Counted from the first letter of the stretch, positions 35,462-45,168 are shown. The stretch is 64,000 nucleotides of DNA from Acidobacteriota bacterium (GCA_965248695.1 CBDFKD010000002.1:2080001-2144000); one strand, 5' to 3'. A program made the numbers and translations. Notes: generated from the letters alone by a model not told the origin.

Positions 35462-38230
35462 ATGCTCTCGCCTGCTCTGACTGTTGTTATCAGTCTCCTG
35501 GTCGTAGCCGCCATCGGCTATCTGATCGGCTCCGCAACCGGAAAGCGCACCGCCTCACGGGGGCCAACCGCGATGATGCGCCGCCTGCGGGTCGAGCGCG
35601 ACGAGCTGGGCACGAAGCTCGTGGAGACCAAAGCCGATCGCGACGCATTGCGCGCTCAACTCGAACACGACGATCTCGAACGCGACAGTGGCAGCGTTTC
35701 GGCCTCGGAGGAGCTCCACCTGCGTGACGAAGCGCTGGCCGAGCTCCAGGTCCGATTGAACTCGACCGAGGACGAGGTCGAGGCAATGCGCAGTGAGAAC
35801 AGCGCCCTCGAGCATCGCTTGGCAGACCGTCAGACGGCCCTCGACATCACCATGAGCGATCGCGAGGTGCATGCGGGCCGACTACAGGAGGTGACGCGCG
35901 AGCTCGAGACCCTGCGGCGCCAGGCCGCCGACTCGTCGTCAGCTCTTGCCGAGTCGGGTGGCGCCGACGGCGAGACGCTGAAGAGCGATCTCGACAGGTT
36001 GCGTAGCCAGCTCAACAACCAGGGTGGGCAGCTGCGCGTCGCTCTCCAGACTCTGGTCACTCGAGACGAGGAGCTCGGGCAACTACGAAGCGAGCTCGAG
36101 TCCGAGCGCCTGGATCGACCCCTGGACGCGGACGGTCAACTGCTGGGCGCGTTGACATCCGACGACCGCACTCGAGCCGCCATCGGCGAGCTGGAAGAAG
36201 CGCGTGCCACCGCCGCCGAGTTGGAGGCACGGCATCTCGACGAGACCCGATGGCGTGACGAGCGCATCGCCGAACTGGAGGCCGAACCGGGCACCGCCTC
36301 CGAGGTCGAGACCTGGCTAGCGGAGGCGAGGCAAGGTCTGGCAGAAAGTGAAGAAGACCGTGCCCGATTGGCACTCGAGCGCGATGAGGCCTCCGAACGA
36401 CTCGCAGCACTGGAGGATCACGTCAGCGGCGGTGGCGACCGGGTCTCCCGCCTGCAGGAGGAGCTAGACGAGCTCGAGCGTCGGTACACACAGCAGCTGA
36501 GCGAGCTCGACGCCGAGGTTCAGCAACTCCGCCAGCGGCTGGAGGAGCGCACCGAGGAGATCCAGCGGCTGCGGGACGAGCGCCAACTTTCCGGTGAGCG
36601 CATCGACCGTGACGGCGATGAGCTACGCCAGGCAAGCGCTCAAGTAGAGGCGCTTCGGGCGGAGCGCGACGAGCTCACCGCTAGCCTGACGGCGCTCACG
36701 GGGGATTTTCAACAACGTGCCGAGGCGCTGCGTGGAGCCCGTGAAGAGGCCAAGACGCTCGAGAATGACTATGTCGTGCAGATCGAGCGCCGCGACCAGC
36801 AGCTGAAGGAGATCCAGTCGCGGACGGACTCGATCGGCGCACGTCTGCTGGACTCCCAAGAGCAAACTCGGGCACACGTGCTGCACATCGAGGAGCTCAA
36901 CGAATCCCTGCACACGCTCGAGGCGCGCCTGGCGCGCGACGGCGAACGCCGCGTTGACCTCGATCGACAGGTGGCCGAGCTCACGGAAGAGAATCAGCGC
37001 CAGGCCGAAGAGGCGGCGGTCAGCCTCGACGAGCGCAATACGACGGTCGAGCGCTTGGAAGAACGGCTCACCCAGCAGACGGAGATGCTTGGACGGCGCG
37101 ACCTACAGGTGAGGAACGACCGCGACCGCATCGAGTCGCTGCAAACCGATATCGAGGAGCGCACCGCGGCAGGCGAACGTTCGCTTCGAGAGCGCGACCT
37201 GGAGATGGACCGCCTGCGTCGCACGCTCGAGGCGCAGCTGGACGAGATCCGCACCGCCGACGAGACCGTGCAACGCCTCGAGCTGGAGGTGACCGGCCTG
37301 CGAGCCATGCTCGACCAGGAGCGCACCCAGGCCACCGAGGCGCAATCACAGCTCGGGAGTCGCGTATCAGAGCTGCAAGCCGCCGAGACCACACAGGCGC
37401 GAAACCACGCGCTGGTGCAGTCGCTGCAGGCCGACCTGACCGACCTGGAAGCGAGCTACGAGCGGCGCCTGCGCGAGCGTCAGCTGGAGCTCGACGGGAT
37501 TGCCGGGATGCTCCGCGACCGCGAGGCCGAGCTGGCGGAGATCGTGCTGGAGATCGAGCGCGCCAAGGCCGACGAGGAAGTCGCCGGCGCGCGCATTGAT
37601 CGACGCAACGCCCGTATCGAGGCGCTCGAGACCGAGATAATCCGCGGTGACGATACGCGCGAACGACTGCTACGCGAGCTCCACGAGCGTGAGCTCGAGT
37701 CTCGACAGATGCGCAGCCTGCTACGGGTCGAGCCCCCGAAGGGAGACGACCTGACCGTGATCAAGGGCATCGGCGCCAAGACCGCCGATCTCCTGAACGG
37801 TGCCGGCATCTTCACCTACAGTCAGATCGCCAGCTGGAACCAGAATGATGTCGAGTGGATCGAGGCTCGTGAGCCGCGCCTGGCAGGCAGGATCCGTCTC
37901 GAGGAATGGGTCGAGGGTGCCCGCGCGGCCGGGCGCGATGACTTCGGCAGCGTGCTCGGACCGAGCGAACAAGCTCACACCAGCTGCGCCGCCTGTTCCG
38001 CGAGCCGCGGCGAACCGAGCTCCTCGGCAAGCTCAGGGAAGCCGTCGGTCGGTCCGCGCCACCGTAGGGCCTCCGCTGAAGCAACAGCGATCGCGTCCGT
38101 CCGCAGAGTTGCCAAATCCCGAAACAACAACGCCTCGTCCCAGCTCGCGGAAAGCGCCGTCGCTAGCTTCTGGGCGCCTCGAACCTGCACTTCCCAGGCT
38201 TCAGCCGGCCGCGGAATCGCTTCGAGATAA
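35462..38230 (+). CDS. Membrane-anchored long coiled-coil protein with C-terminal helix-hairpin-helix (COG3743-like) domain
   Basis: N-terminal TM helix, long E/R/L/Q-rich heptad region, DDLTVIKGIGAKTADLLNGAGIFTYSQIASW..WVEGAR; tail overlaps the convergent gene. Confidence 0.8.
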   Translation: MLSPALTVVISLLVVAAIGYLIGSATGKRTASRGPTAMMRRLRVERDELGTKLVETKADRDALRAQLEHDDLERDSGSVSASEELHLRDEALAELQVRLNSTEDEVEAMRSENSALEHRLADRQTALDITMSDREVHAGRLQEVTRELETLRRQAADSSSALAESGGADGETLKSDLDRLRSQLNNQGGQLRVALQTLVTRDEELGQLRSELESERLDRPLDADGQLLGALTSDDRTRAAIGELEEARATAAELEARHLDETRWRDERIAELEAEPGTASEVETWLAEARQGLAESEEDRARLALERDEASERLAALEDHVSGGGDRVSRLQEELDELERRYTQQLSELDAEVQQLRQRLEERTEEIQRLRDERQLSGERIDRDGDELRQASAQVEALRAERDELTASLTALTGDFQQRAEALRGAREEAKTLENDYVVQIERRDQQLKEIQSRTDSIGARLLDSQEQTRAHVLHIEELNESLHTLEARLARDGERRVDLDRQVAELTEENQRQAEEAAVSLDERNTTVERLEERLTQQTEMLGRRDLQVRNDRDRIESLQTDIEERTAAGERSLRERDLEMDRLRRTLEAQLDEIRTADETVQRLELEVTGLRAMLDQERTQATEAQSQLGSRVSELQAAETTQARNHALVQSLQADLTDLEASYERRLRERQLELDGIAGMLRDREAELAEIVLEIERAKADEEVAGARIDRRNARIEALETEIIRGDDTRERLLRELHERELESRQMRSLLRVEPPKGDDLTVIKGIGAKTADLLNGAGIFTYSQIASWNQNDVEWIEAREPRLAGRIRLEEWVEGARAAGRDDFGSVLGPSEQAHTSCAACSASRGEPSSSASSGKPSVGPRHRRASAEATAIASVRRVAKSRNNNASSQLAESAVASFWAPRTCTSQASAGRGIASR

Positions 38231-38868
38231 CCGTACTTCCGCAGGAGTGTCGAGCTCGACTTGGCCCCCCAGCCACGTACGCCTGGATAGCCATCGGCGC
38301 TGTCACCGACCAGCGCCAGGTAGTCGGGAATCGATCCAGGCAGCACACCGAACTTGTCCAGCACGCCCGCCACGCCGCGTACCGTCCGCGCCCTGCGGTC
38401 CATCTGGACGACGCGATCATCGACGACGCACTGCGCCAGGTCCTTGTCAGGGGTGCAAATGAACACGCGGCCGACGGTGTTGTCGGCCGTCAGAGCCGCG
38501 GCCGCCGATGCCAGCGCGTCATCTGCTTCGTACTTGCGCATCGGCCAGACGACAACGCCCATCGTCTCCAGGGCCCGCTCGAGGGGGGCGAACTGAATCA
38601 GCAGCTCGGGGTCGATGCCGTCGCCGCGCTTGTAGTCACCCCACATCTCGTTGCGGAACGACTCGATCACGTGATCTGTCGCCACGCCGATATGGGTCGC
38701 TCCGTCACGCAACAAACCGAGCACCGAGGCCAGCACGCCGCGAACAGCGCCGACCTCGTTCCCGGCGACGTCCTGGCTACGCGGCACAGCGTAGAAGTGC
38801 CTGAACAGCTCGTACGTGCCGTCGATGAGATGAACGTCGATCTTGGAAGCAGCTCCGGCAGCACTCAT
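37975..38868 (-). CDS. 5'-3' exonuclease / flap endonuclease (standalone PolI N-terminal-like)
   Basis: LIDGT, SFRNE..YK, YEADD, PDKDLAQ, LALVGDSADGYPGVRGWGAK. Confidence 0.92.
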   Translation of the reverse strand: MSAAGAASKIDVHLIDGTYELFRHFYAVPRSQDVAGNEVGAVRGVLASVLGLLRDGATHIGVATDHVIESFRNEMWGDYKRGDGIDPELLIQFAPLERALETMGVVVWPMRKYEADDALASAAAALTADNTVGRVFICTPDKDLAQCVVDDRVVQMDRRARTVRGVAGVLDKFGVLPGSIPDYLALVGDSADGYPGVRGWGAKSSSTLLRKYGYLEAIPRPAEAWEVQVRGAQKLATALSASWDEALLFRDLATLRTDAIAVASAEALRWRGPTDGFPELAEELGSPRLAEQAAQLV

Positions 38869-38943
38869 CGAACCAGTGTAGACGGCCAGGCGGTCAACGC
38901 CACTGGAGGTCGCCGACGGTCGAGAGACCGGGTCGAGCCGCGG

Positions 38944-40131
38944 TCAGGCGCGCATGCGATCCGGTCGGAAGAAGCGCCCATCAACAACGGTCGCGGGGAC
39001 CCGACAGCGTTCATACTGCACCGTGATCTCCATGTCGACCTGCGTGCCGAGCCGGGCGAATTCCGCGTCGACGGTTGCAAGAGCGATGTACCTCTTCAGC
39101 AACTTCGACCACACCTTGCTGCTCGCCCGCCCCACCTGGCGACCCTCCGCGTAGATCGGGACCGGCTCGCGGCACACCGTCATCGGCAGCTCGGGCATGA
39201 GGTCGGCGGCCATGTAGACTTCCTCGAGCGGTTGCCATTCGATCTCGAGGCCGACCACCCGGCGCCGCGGTCCAGCTTGCTTGGCGACCTTCAACGCCTT
39301 ACGCCCAACGAAGTTTCCCTTGTCGAGCTTGACCGCCCACCCGAGCCCGAGCTCGTAGGGAGTGACCAGATCGTCGTCGGTGTGGGCGAACTCCGAGCTG
39401 GTGTAATCGACGCTGATGAGGATCAACCCCGCCTCGACGCGAGCGATATCCATCGCCACGAGGCCGCACGGCGTCACCAGCCACGGCTCGCCAACCCGCA
39501 TCAGCTGATCCCATACCGGCAACGCCTCGGCGGCCGGGATCCAGATCTCGTAGCCCAGATCCCCGGTGAAGCCGGTGCGTGAGACATCGACGTCGACACC
39601 ACCAATGCGGGTTCGAATGCAGCGGAAAAACCCCAGGCCACCGATAGCGCCATCGGTGGCGTCGTCGAGCACGGCGCGCGAATGGGGTCCCTGCAGCGAC
39701 AACATGGCAATTTCGGCGGAGCGGTCGGCCACCTCCACCTGATACCCGACCGCGTTGCGCAAGATCCACTCGTAGGCCGGCTCGGCGGCGTAGATCTCGA
39801 AACGATCTGCCTCGTAGCGGAAGACCGTTCCCTCCTGGCGAACCATCCCGCTCGCATCGCACCACGGGGTGTAGACGACCTGTCCCGCGCTCATCCCGGA
39901 CGCGTCGTGGGTCACGATCCGATCGACCAGCGATGCCGCGTCGGCGCCGGCGACGGAGTACTTGTACAGCGGCGACAGGTCGATCAACGCCGCCGAATTA
40001 CGAATCGAAGCGTACTCCGGCTGCACGAAGTCGTTGTACGAGCTGACGCTCAGATAGCCTGACCACTGCGTCCAATCGTAGCTGTGGCAGAGCGGCTCGG
40101 TGCGGGGATGAAACGGGGTGCCGATGGCCAT
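38944..40131 (-). CDS. Aminomethyltransferase (GcvT-like, THF-binding) family protein
   Basis: TPFHPR, LIDLSPL, LQGPHSR, SRTGFTGDLGYEIW, ARVEAG, PYELGLGW. Confidence 0.9.
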   Translation of the reverse strand: MAIGTPFHPRTEPLCHSYDWTQWSGYLSVSSYNDFVQPEYASIRNSAALIDLSPLYKYSVAGADAASLVDRIVTHDASGMSAGQVVYTPWCDASGMVRQEGTVFRYEADRFEIYAAEPAYEWILRNAVGYQVEVADRSAEIAMLSLQGPHSRAVLDDATDGAIGGLGFFRCIRTRIGGVDVDVSRTGFTGDLGYEIWIPAAEALPVWDQLMRVGEPWLVTPCGLVAMDIARVEAGLILISVDYTSSEFAHTDDDLVTPYELGLGWAVKLDKGNFVGRKALKVAKQAGPRRRVVGLEIEWQPLEEVYMAADLMPELPMTVCREPVPIYAEGRQVGRASSKVWSKLLKRYIALATVDAEFARLGTQVDMEITVQYERCRVPATVVDGRFFRPDRMRA

Positions 40132-40159
40132 GGTGAGCGTCGTCCGTCAAATGACCGCC

Positions 40160-40198
40160 ATTCCACATGGTAGCCACTGTGTTCACAATGTGGGATAC
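40160..40198. promoter_or_regulatory. Putative IclR-type operator in the divergent promoter
   Basis: Imperfect palindrome GTTCACAATGTGGGA (40181-40195) plus a related TTCCACATGG site (40161-40170). Confidence 0.5.
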
Positions 40199-40303
40199 TC
40201 GCGCCGCCCTCTATCTTAGCGAGGCGCGCCGGCAAGGGTAAGCTCACCGCCTTCACAACATTCGACCGGGTGCTCCTTGGCGCCCAGCAGAGCGTTCGGC
40301 CCG

Positions 40304-41896
40304 ATGAGTCAGTCCTACGACGCCATCATTATCGGTGGCGGGCACAACGGCCTCACCTGCGCCGCCTACCTGGCGCGCGCCGGTCGCCGCGTCCTGGTGC
40401 TCGAACGACGTCATCTGGTTGGCGGCGCAGGCGTGACCGAGGAGCTTTATCCGGGGTTCAAGTACACCGTCTGCTCGTATGTGGTGAGCCTGCTGCGACC
40501 GCAGATCATCGCCGACCTCGAGCTACCGAAGTACGGCTTCGAGCTGCTGCCGCTGGACGGCACGCTCACCCCGATGCGCAACGGCGATCACCTGATGCGC
40601 TGGCACGATGCCGGCGAGACGCGGCTCGAGCTGATGCGCCATTCGGCGGCCGACGCCGAGGCCTATGAGCACTTCGCCATGCTCATGTACCACCTCGGCA
40701 AGACTGTCCGGCCGATGCTGTCGATGACACCGCCGAACCCGACATCGATGGCACCGGCAACGCTGGCCAAGCTGGCGGAGGTCGCGCGCACGTTCGGCAA
40801 GCGCTCCGACTATCTCTACGATCTCGCCAAGCTGATGACGATGAGCTCGGCGGACTTCGTCGAGCAATGGTTCGAGACGCCGGCCCTGCTCGGCACGCTG
40901 GCGTCGAGCGGCATCATCGGTACGTTCCTTGGACCTCGGTCGCCGGGGTCCGCCTACGTGATGCTGCACCACTACATGGGCGAGATCGACGGCGAGTTCC
41001 GCGCCTGGGGCCTGCCGCGCGGCGGTATGGGTGCGGTGTCGGAGTCGATCGCCTCGGCGGCGCGTTTCTTCGGCGCCGAGATCCGTACCGAGGCCGGGGT
41101 GGAGCGCGTGCTGGTAAAGGGCAACAAAGTGACTGGCGTGGTGCTCGAGGGCGGCGAGGAGATCCAGGCGGACGTCCTTGTGTCCAGCCTCGATCCGAAG
41201 CGTACCTTCCAGAAGCTGATCGAGCCGGAACACCTGCCAGAGGATTTCCGCACCGACATCGAGCGCTACAAGATCCGCGGCTCTTCCGGCAAGGTCAACC
41301 TGTCGCTGGACGCCCTGCCCGACCTGACGTGCCTGCGACATCTCTCCGCCGATCAGCGCATCCCCTACTTGTCCGGGGCAATCTCCATCAGCCCAGACAT
41401 CGAGCATCTCGAGCGCGCCTACGACGACGCCAAGTACGGTCGCCACTCCCGCAACCCGTACATGGACATCGTCATCCCGTCGCTGATCGATCCGACCATG
41501 GCTCCCCCCGGGAAGCACGTTATGTCGATCTTCTGCGCCTACGCGCCGTACGAGCTCGCCGAGGGCACTTGGGAGGACAACCGCGACGCATTCGGAGACG
41601 CGGTAATCGACACGCTGGCGGAGTTCGTGCCCAACATCAAAGACATCATTCTTCACCGCCAGGTGCTGTCGCCGTGGGACATGGAGCAGAAGATGGGCCT
41701 CACGCAGGGCAACATCTTCCACGGCGAGCTAACGCTCGAGCAGCTGTTCTTCTTGCGACCGGTACCGGGATACGCCGATTTCACCACCCCCCTGCGGCGC
41801 TTTTACATGTGCGGCTCGGGCTGTCACCCGGGCGGCGGAATCATGGGCGCACCGGGGCAGCTCGCGGCACAACGAATCATCGCGGACACGGCTTGA
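40304..41896 (+). CDS. Phytoene desaturase-family (COG1233) FAD oxidoreductase, subunit A-like
   Basis: IGGGHNGL, CSYVVSLL, GSAYVMLHH, ERAYDDAKYG, GNIFHGEL, CGSGCHPGGGIMG. Confidence 0.9.
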   Translation: MSQSYDAIIIGGGHNGLTCAAYLARAGRRVLVLERRHLVGGAGVTEELYPGFKYTVCSYVVSLLRPQIIADLELPKYGFELLPLDGTLTPMRNGDHLMRWHDAGETRLELMRHSAADAEAYEHFAMLMYHLGKTVRPMLSMTPPNPTSMAPATLAKLAEVARTFGKRSDYLYDLAKLMTMSSADFVEQWFETPALLGTLASSGIIGTFLGPRSPGSAYVMLHHYMGEIDGEFRAWGLPRGGMGAVSESIASAARFFGAEIRTEAGVERVLVKGNKVTGVVLEGGEEIQADVLVSSLDPKRTFQKLIEPEHLPEDFRTDIERYKIRGSSGKVNLSLDALPDLTCLRHLSADQRIPYLSGAISISPDIEHLERAYDDAKYGRHSRNPYMDIVIPSLIDPTMAPPGKHVMSIFCAYAPYELAEGTWEDNRDAFGDAVIDTLAEFVPNIKDIILHRQVLSPWDMEQKMGLTQGNIFHGELTLEQLFFLRPVPGYADFTTPLRRFYMCGSGCHPGGGIMGAPGQLAAQRIIADTA

Positions 41897-41900
41897 GCGC

Positions 41901-43475
41901 ATGACAGATTTTCACGACGTGGTTGTGATCGGCGGCGGCCACAATGGGCTCACCGCCGCCAACTACCTGGCACGTGCAGGGCGCCGGGTGCTGGTGCTCG
42001 AAGCGCGCAGCACGTTCGGCGGCACCGCCTCGAGTGTGGAGTTCGCTCCAGGCGTCAGCGCTCCCATGCTGTTCGCCTCGGTCGACATGCTGCATCCATC
42101 CGTGGTGTCGGATCTGGATCTCGGCAAGCACGGTCTGCAGACTGTGTCCGGGGCCGATTGCACTACCGTCCTCGGTGCCTCGGAACCCCTGCAGATCAGC
42201 GGCGGTGGCGTATCGTCACAGCTTTCCGCTGACGATCAGCGTGCCTATCAGGAGTTCGAGCTCCTGTTGTCTCGAATCGCCAGCGCGCTCGAGCCGGTGA
42301 TGGGAGGCGCCCTGCCGGAGATCGAGGTAGCCGGTGTCGGCGCGGTGTTCGAGCTCCTGACGCTGGGATGGCGCATGCGGCGCCTAGGCCGTCGCGACAT
42401 GCCGCAGGCCATGCGGCTGCTGCCGATGTCGCTCCGTGACATCGTCCAGGAGCGCTTCGATGATGAGCGCCTGCGCGCCGCCGTCGCCTGGCGCGGGCTG
42501 GCCGCTTCGTGGCTGGGACCCTGGTCGCCTGGCGGCGGCTACACGCTTCTCTACCATCGGCCCGCGTGGGGCGGTCCGATCTTCGGCGCACCGAAGTTCG
42601 CGGTTGGCGGCACCGGCAGCGTCGCGGATGCTCTCGTTGCTGCGGCCACGGCGGCCGGCGTGGAGTTGCGCGCCTCGGCCCGCGTGGCGCGCATCAGAGT
42701 CGATGACGACCGCGCCGTCGGCGTCGTGCTGGAGGACGGTGAGGAGGTCCCCTGCCAGGCCGTGATGTCGGCGATCGACCCGCGCACCACACTCACGAGT
42801 CTGCTCGACAAAGGATGGCTCGACCCCGGCCACGTCGCCGCGGCGCAGAACATCCGCATGCGCGGCACGGTCGCCGCGGTGCGTATTGCCGCCAGCACTC
42901 TGCCGAAGGTGCCCGGTCTCGATGAGTCGGCCTGGGCCGGGCGGGTACAGATCGGAGACAGCCTCGCCTACCTGGAGAGGTCATTCGACGCGGCAAAATA
43001 CGGGCGTCTCCCGGAGCAGCCGATCGTCGACGTCACCGTGCCCAGCCTCTCCGATTCGACCCTGGCTCCAGCGGGAACGCACGTGATGCACGCCTGGGTG
43101 CAGTACGTGCCGCACACGTTCGGCGATTCCGGCTGGGACTCCAAGCGCGACGAGCTCAGTAAATCAGTGGTCGATGCGATCGACCAACAGGCGCCGGGCT
43201 TTGCTGGCGCGGTCCAGCATATCGATGTCACCACACCGGCTGATCTGGAGCACGATCTCGGCATCCCGGGTGGGCACGCCTACCATGGTGAGCTGTCCAT
43301 GGATCAGCTGCTGTACATGCGCCCCATCGCCGGCTGGTACGACCACCGCACACCAGTCGACGGCCTGTATCTCGGCGGCCCCGGGTGCCACCCCGGTGGC
43401 GGTATCACCGGAATTCCGGGCAAGAACGCCGCGGCACGGCTAGGCGCGGACTGGAAGAGACACGTCTCGCGTTAG
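41901..43475 (+). CDS. Phytoene desaturase-family (COG1233) FAD oxidoreductase, divergent subunit B-like
   Basis: IGGGHNGL, YLERSFDAAKYG, GGHAYHGELSMDQ, GPGCHPGGGITG; 4 bp after the previous gene. Confidence 0.88.
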   Translation: MTDFHDVVVIGGGHNGLTAANYLARAGRRVLVLEARSTFGGTASSVEFAPGVSAPMLFASVDMLHPSVVSDLDLGKHGLQTVSGADCTTVLGASEPLQISGGGVSSQLSADDQRAYQEFELLLSRIASALEPVMGGALPEIEVAGVGAVFELLTLGWRMRRLGRRDMPQAMRLLPMSLRDIVQERFDDERLRAAVAWRGLAASWLGPWSPGGGYTLLYHRPAWGGPIFGAPKFAVGGTGSVADALVAAATAAGVELRASARVARIRVDDDRAVGVVLEDGEEVPCQAVMSAIDPRTTLTSLLDKGWLDPGHVAAAQNIRMRGTVAAVRIAASTLPKVPGLDESAWAGRVQIGDSLAYLERSFDAAKYGRLPEQPIVDVTVPSLSDSTLAPAGTHVMHAWVQYVPHTFGDSGWDSKRDELSKSVVDAIDQQAPGFAGAVQHIDVTTPADLEHDLGIPGGHAYHGELSMDQLLYMRPIAGWYDHRTPVDGLYLGGPGCHPGGGITGIPGKNAAARLGADWKRHVSR

Positions 43476-43545
43476 CGAACTCATCGGCGACGGCACCAGC
43501 GTGTTTCCTGACGCCGCTCCGCATCGACGGACAGGGCCCGACAAT

Positions 43546-44310
43546 ATGAGCAGACGTGCAGCGCCCGCCGGAACACAGTCGGTTCTCCGGGCCGTGCACC
43601 TGCTCAAGGCGCTCAGCAAGCACGACGGGCTCGACCTTGCGGCGCTGACGCGCGAAGTCGGACTGGCGCGCACGACGACACATCGCCTGCTTGCGGCACT
43701 CAAGAGCGAGGATCTCGTCGCCCAGGAGGCGGGCGGAGACTATCGGCTCGGACCGGGTGCCGTGGCGTTGGGAAATCAGCGGCGTCGCTCCAGCCAGCTG
43801 CGCGTCCTGGCACACCCGCATCTCCGCAAGCTCGCGGCCGAGAGCGGCGAGACGGCCACCCTCGAGGTCCAGTTCGACGCTGGCGTACTGATCGTCGACG
43901 AGGTACTCGGCCGGCATCTGGTGGGTGTAAATCGTGAGGTCGGCACGTCGTGGCCCATCCATGCCACCTCAACAGGCAAGGCGCTGCTCGCCTCCATGGG
44001 CCGCGACGATCGCGCTGCGCTGTTGGTGGGTCGGCTGTCGCGCTTGACGACCAGAACCGTCACCAGCAAGCGACAGCTCGAGGCGCAGCTCAAGCAGACA
44101 GCGCAGCGCGGCTACGCGACTGCCGAGGGCGAGCTCGCAGACGGCTTCAATGCCGTCGCCGCTGCCGTTGTCAACGCCGACGGACATCCGCTGGCGGCGA
44201 TATCGGTGGGCGGGCCGGACGGACGTCTCACCGGCAGGGAGCTGAGTCGGGTCGGCGGCGCGGTGCGCGAGACCGCAGCGCTTCTTTCGGAGACGCTGAG
44301 CTACGCCTGA
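43546..44310 (+). CDS. IclR-family transcriptional regulator
   Basis: QSVLRAVHLL HTH, TTHRLLAAL, GETATL, HATSTGKALLA, AAISVGGP. Confidence 0.93.
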   Translation: MSRRAAPAGTQSVLRAVHLLKALSKHDGLDLAALTREVGLARTTTHRLLAALKSEDLVAQEAGGDYRLGPGAVALGNQRRRSSQLRVLAHPHLRKLAAESGETATLEVQFDAGVLIVDEVLGRHLVGVNREVGTSWPIHATSTGKALLASMGRDDRAALLVGRLSRLTTRTVTSKRQLEAQLKQTAQRGYATAEGELADGFNAVAAAVVNADGHPLAAISVGGPDGRLTGRELSRVGGAVRETAALLSETLSYA

Positions 44311-45032
44311 GCCGAGGCGGCGACGCTCTCCTGGCTCCCGAACGCTCGCGCCACCAGCCGGTCGAGAAAACTCCCATTGGCGGTGGCGAGGCGTTCGAAG
44401 CGCGTCGCATCGAGCATCTCGCCAGCGGCGCTGACGAACTCACCCTCCGGGAGCGGATCGTAGCGTCTCAAGACGTCGCTGACGATCTCCGCCGTCAGCT
44501 CCGGATGAAACTGCAAACCGAGAACGTTGGCGCCCCAGCGGAAGGCCTGATTCTCGCACCCGGCGCTGCGGGCCAGGTGAATTGCGCCGGTGGGTAGCTC
44601 GAAGGCATCGAAATGCCATTGCATCACCGTCAGCTCCGGAGCAAAAAACGGCGCCAAGCGTTCATCTTCACTGCCCTCCGCGGTCGGCTCCACCAGGTGC
44701 CAGCCGAGCTCGGGGTGTGGATGGCGCTGAACGCGGGCTCCCAGAACACGGGCGATGATCTGGCCACCGAGGCAGATGCCGAGCACGTTCGTACCAGCGG
44801 CAATCGCGCGCTCGACGAAATCGAGCTCGGCACTCAACCAGGCGTGCTCGTGCTCGTCGCAGGCGCCCATGGGGCCTCCCAAGACGACCAGCAGGTCGAT
44901 GCCCTCGACGTCAGGAAAGGCTTCGCCATCGTAGGGGCGAGTCTCGGCGACCTCCCAGCCGCGTCGTAGGGCCCACGGATCGATGTTGCCCAGACCGACG
45001 GAAGGCATGTGACGCACGTAGTGCAAGCGCAT
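44301..45032 (-). CDS. Type 1 glutamine amidotransferase (GMP synthase-like)
   Basis: LGGPM, LGICLGGQ nucleophile, QWHFD, LQFHPE. Confidence 0.9.
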   Translation of the reverse strand: MRLHYVRHMPSVGLGNIDPWALRRGWEVAETRPYDGEAFPDVEGIDLLVVLGGPMGACDEHEHAWLSAELDFVERAIAAGTNVLGICLGGQIIARVLGARVQRHPHPELGWHLVEPTAEGSEDERLAPFFAPELTVMQWHFDAFELPTGAIHLARSAGCENQAFRWGANVLGLQFHPELTAEIVSDVLRRYDPLPEGEFVSAAGEMLDATRFERLATANGSFLDRLVARAFGSQESVAASAQA

Positions 45033-45099
45033 GGCATGAGTGTAACCGGAGGTCGCCACCCTTACCTCTGCGTTCCCTGAGATAGGGATTGATGTAAAG

Positions 45100-45113
45100 T
45101 TAGGCAAGGCTAA
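45100..45113. promoter_or_regulatory. DtxR/MntR-family-like metal-regulator box upstream of feoAB
   Basis: TTAGGCAAGGCTAA (near TTAGG-N4-CCTAA) in an AT-rich patch with TTGATG (45089-45094) and TAAAAA (45111-45116). Confidence 0.6.
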
Positions 45114-45168
45114 AAATATCAGATGGGCCGTTTCGGCGGCCATCGTCTCCTTCGTACCGGAAAGAAGC

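Noticed and set aside
35462-38230. SMC / chromosome segregation ATPase
   Set aside because: No Walker A/B or hinge motifs; it has an N-terminal TM helix instead
40304-43475. Carotenoid desaturases (crtI) or limonene dehydrogenase ctmAB
   Set aside because: Only the family can be recognised; there are no crt genes nearby, and the GcvT/IclR context points elsewhere
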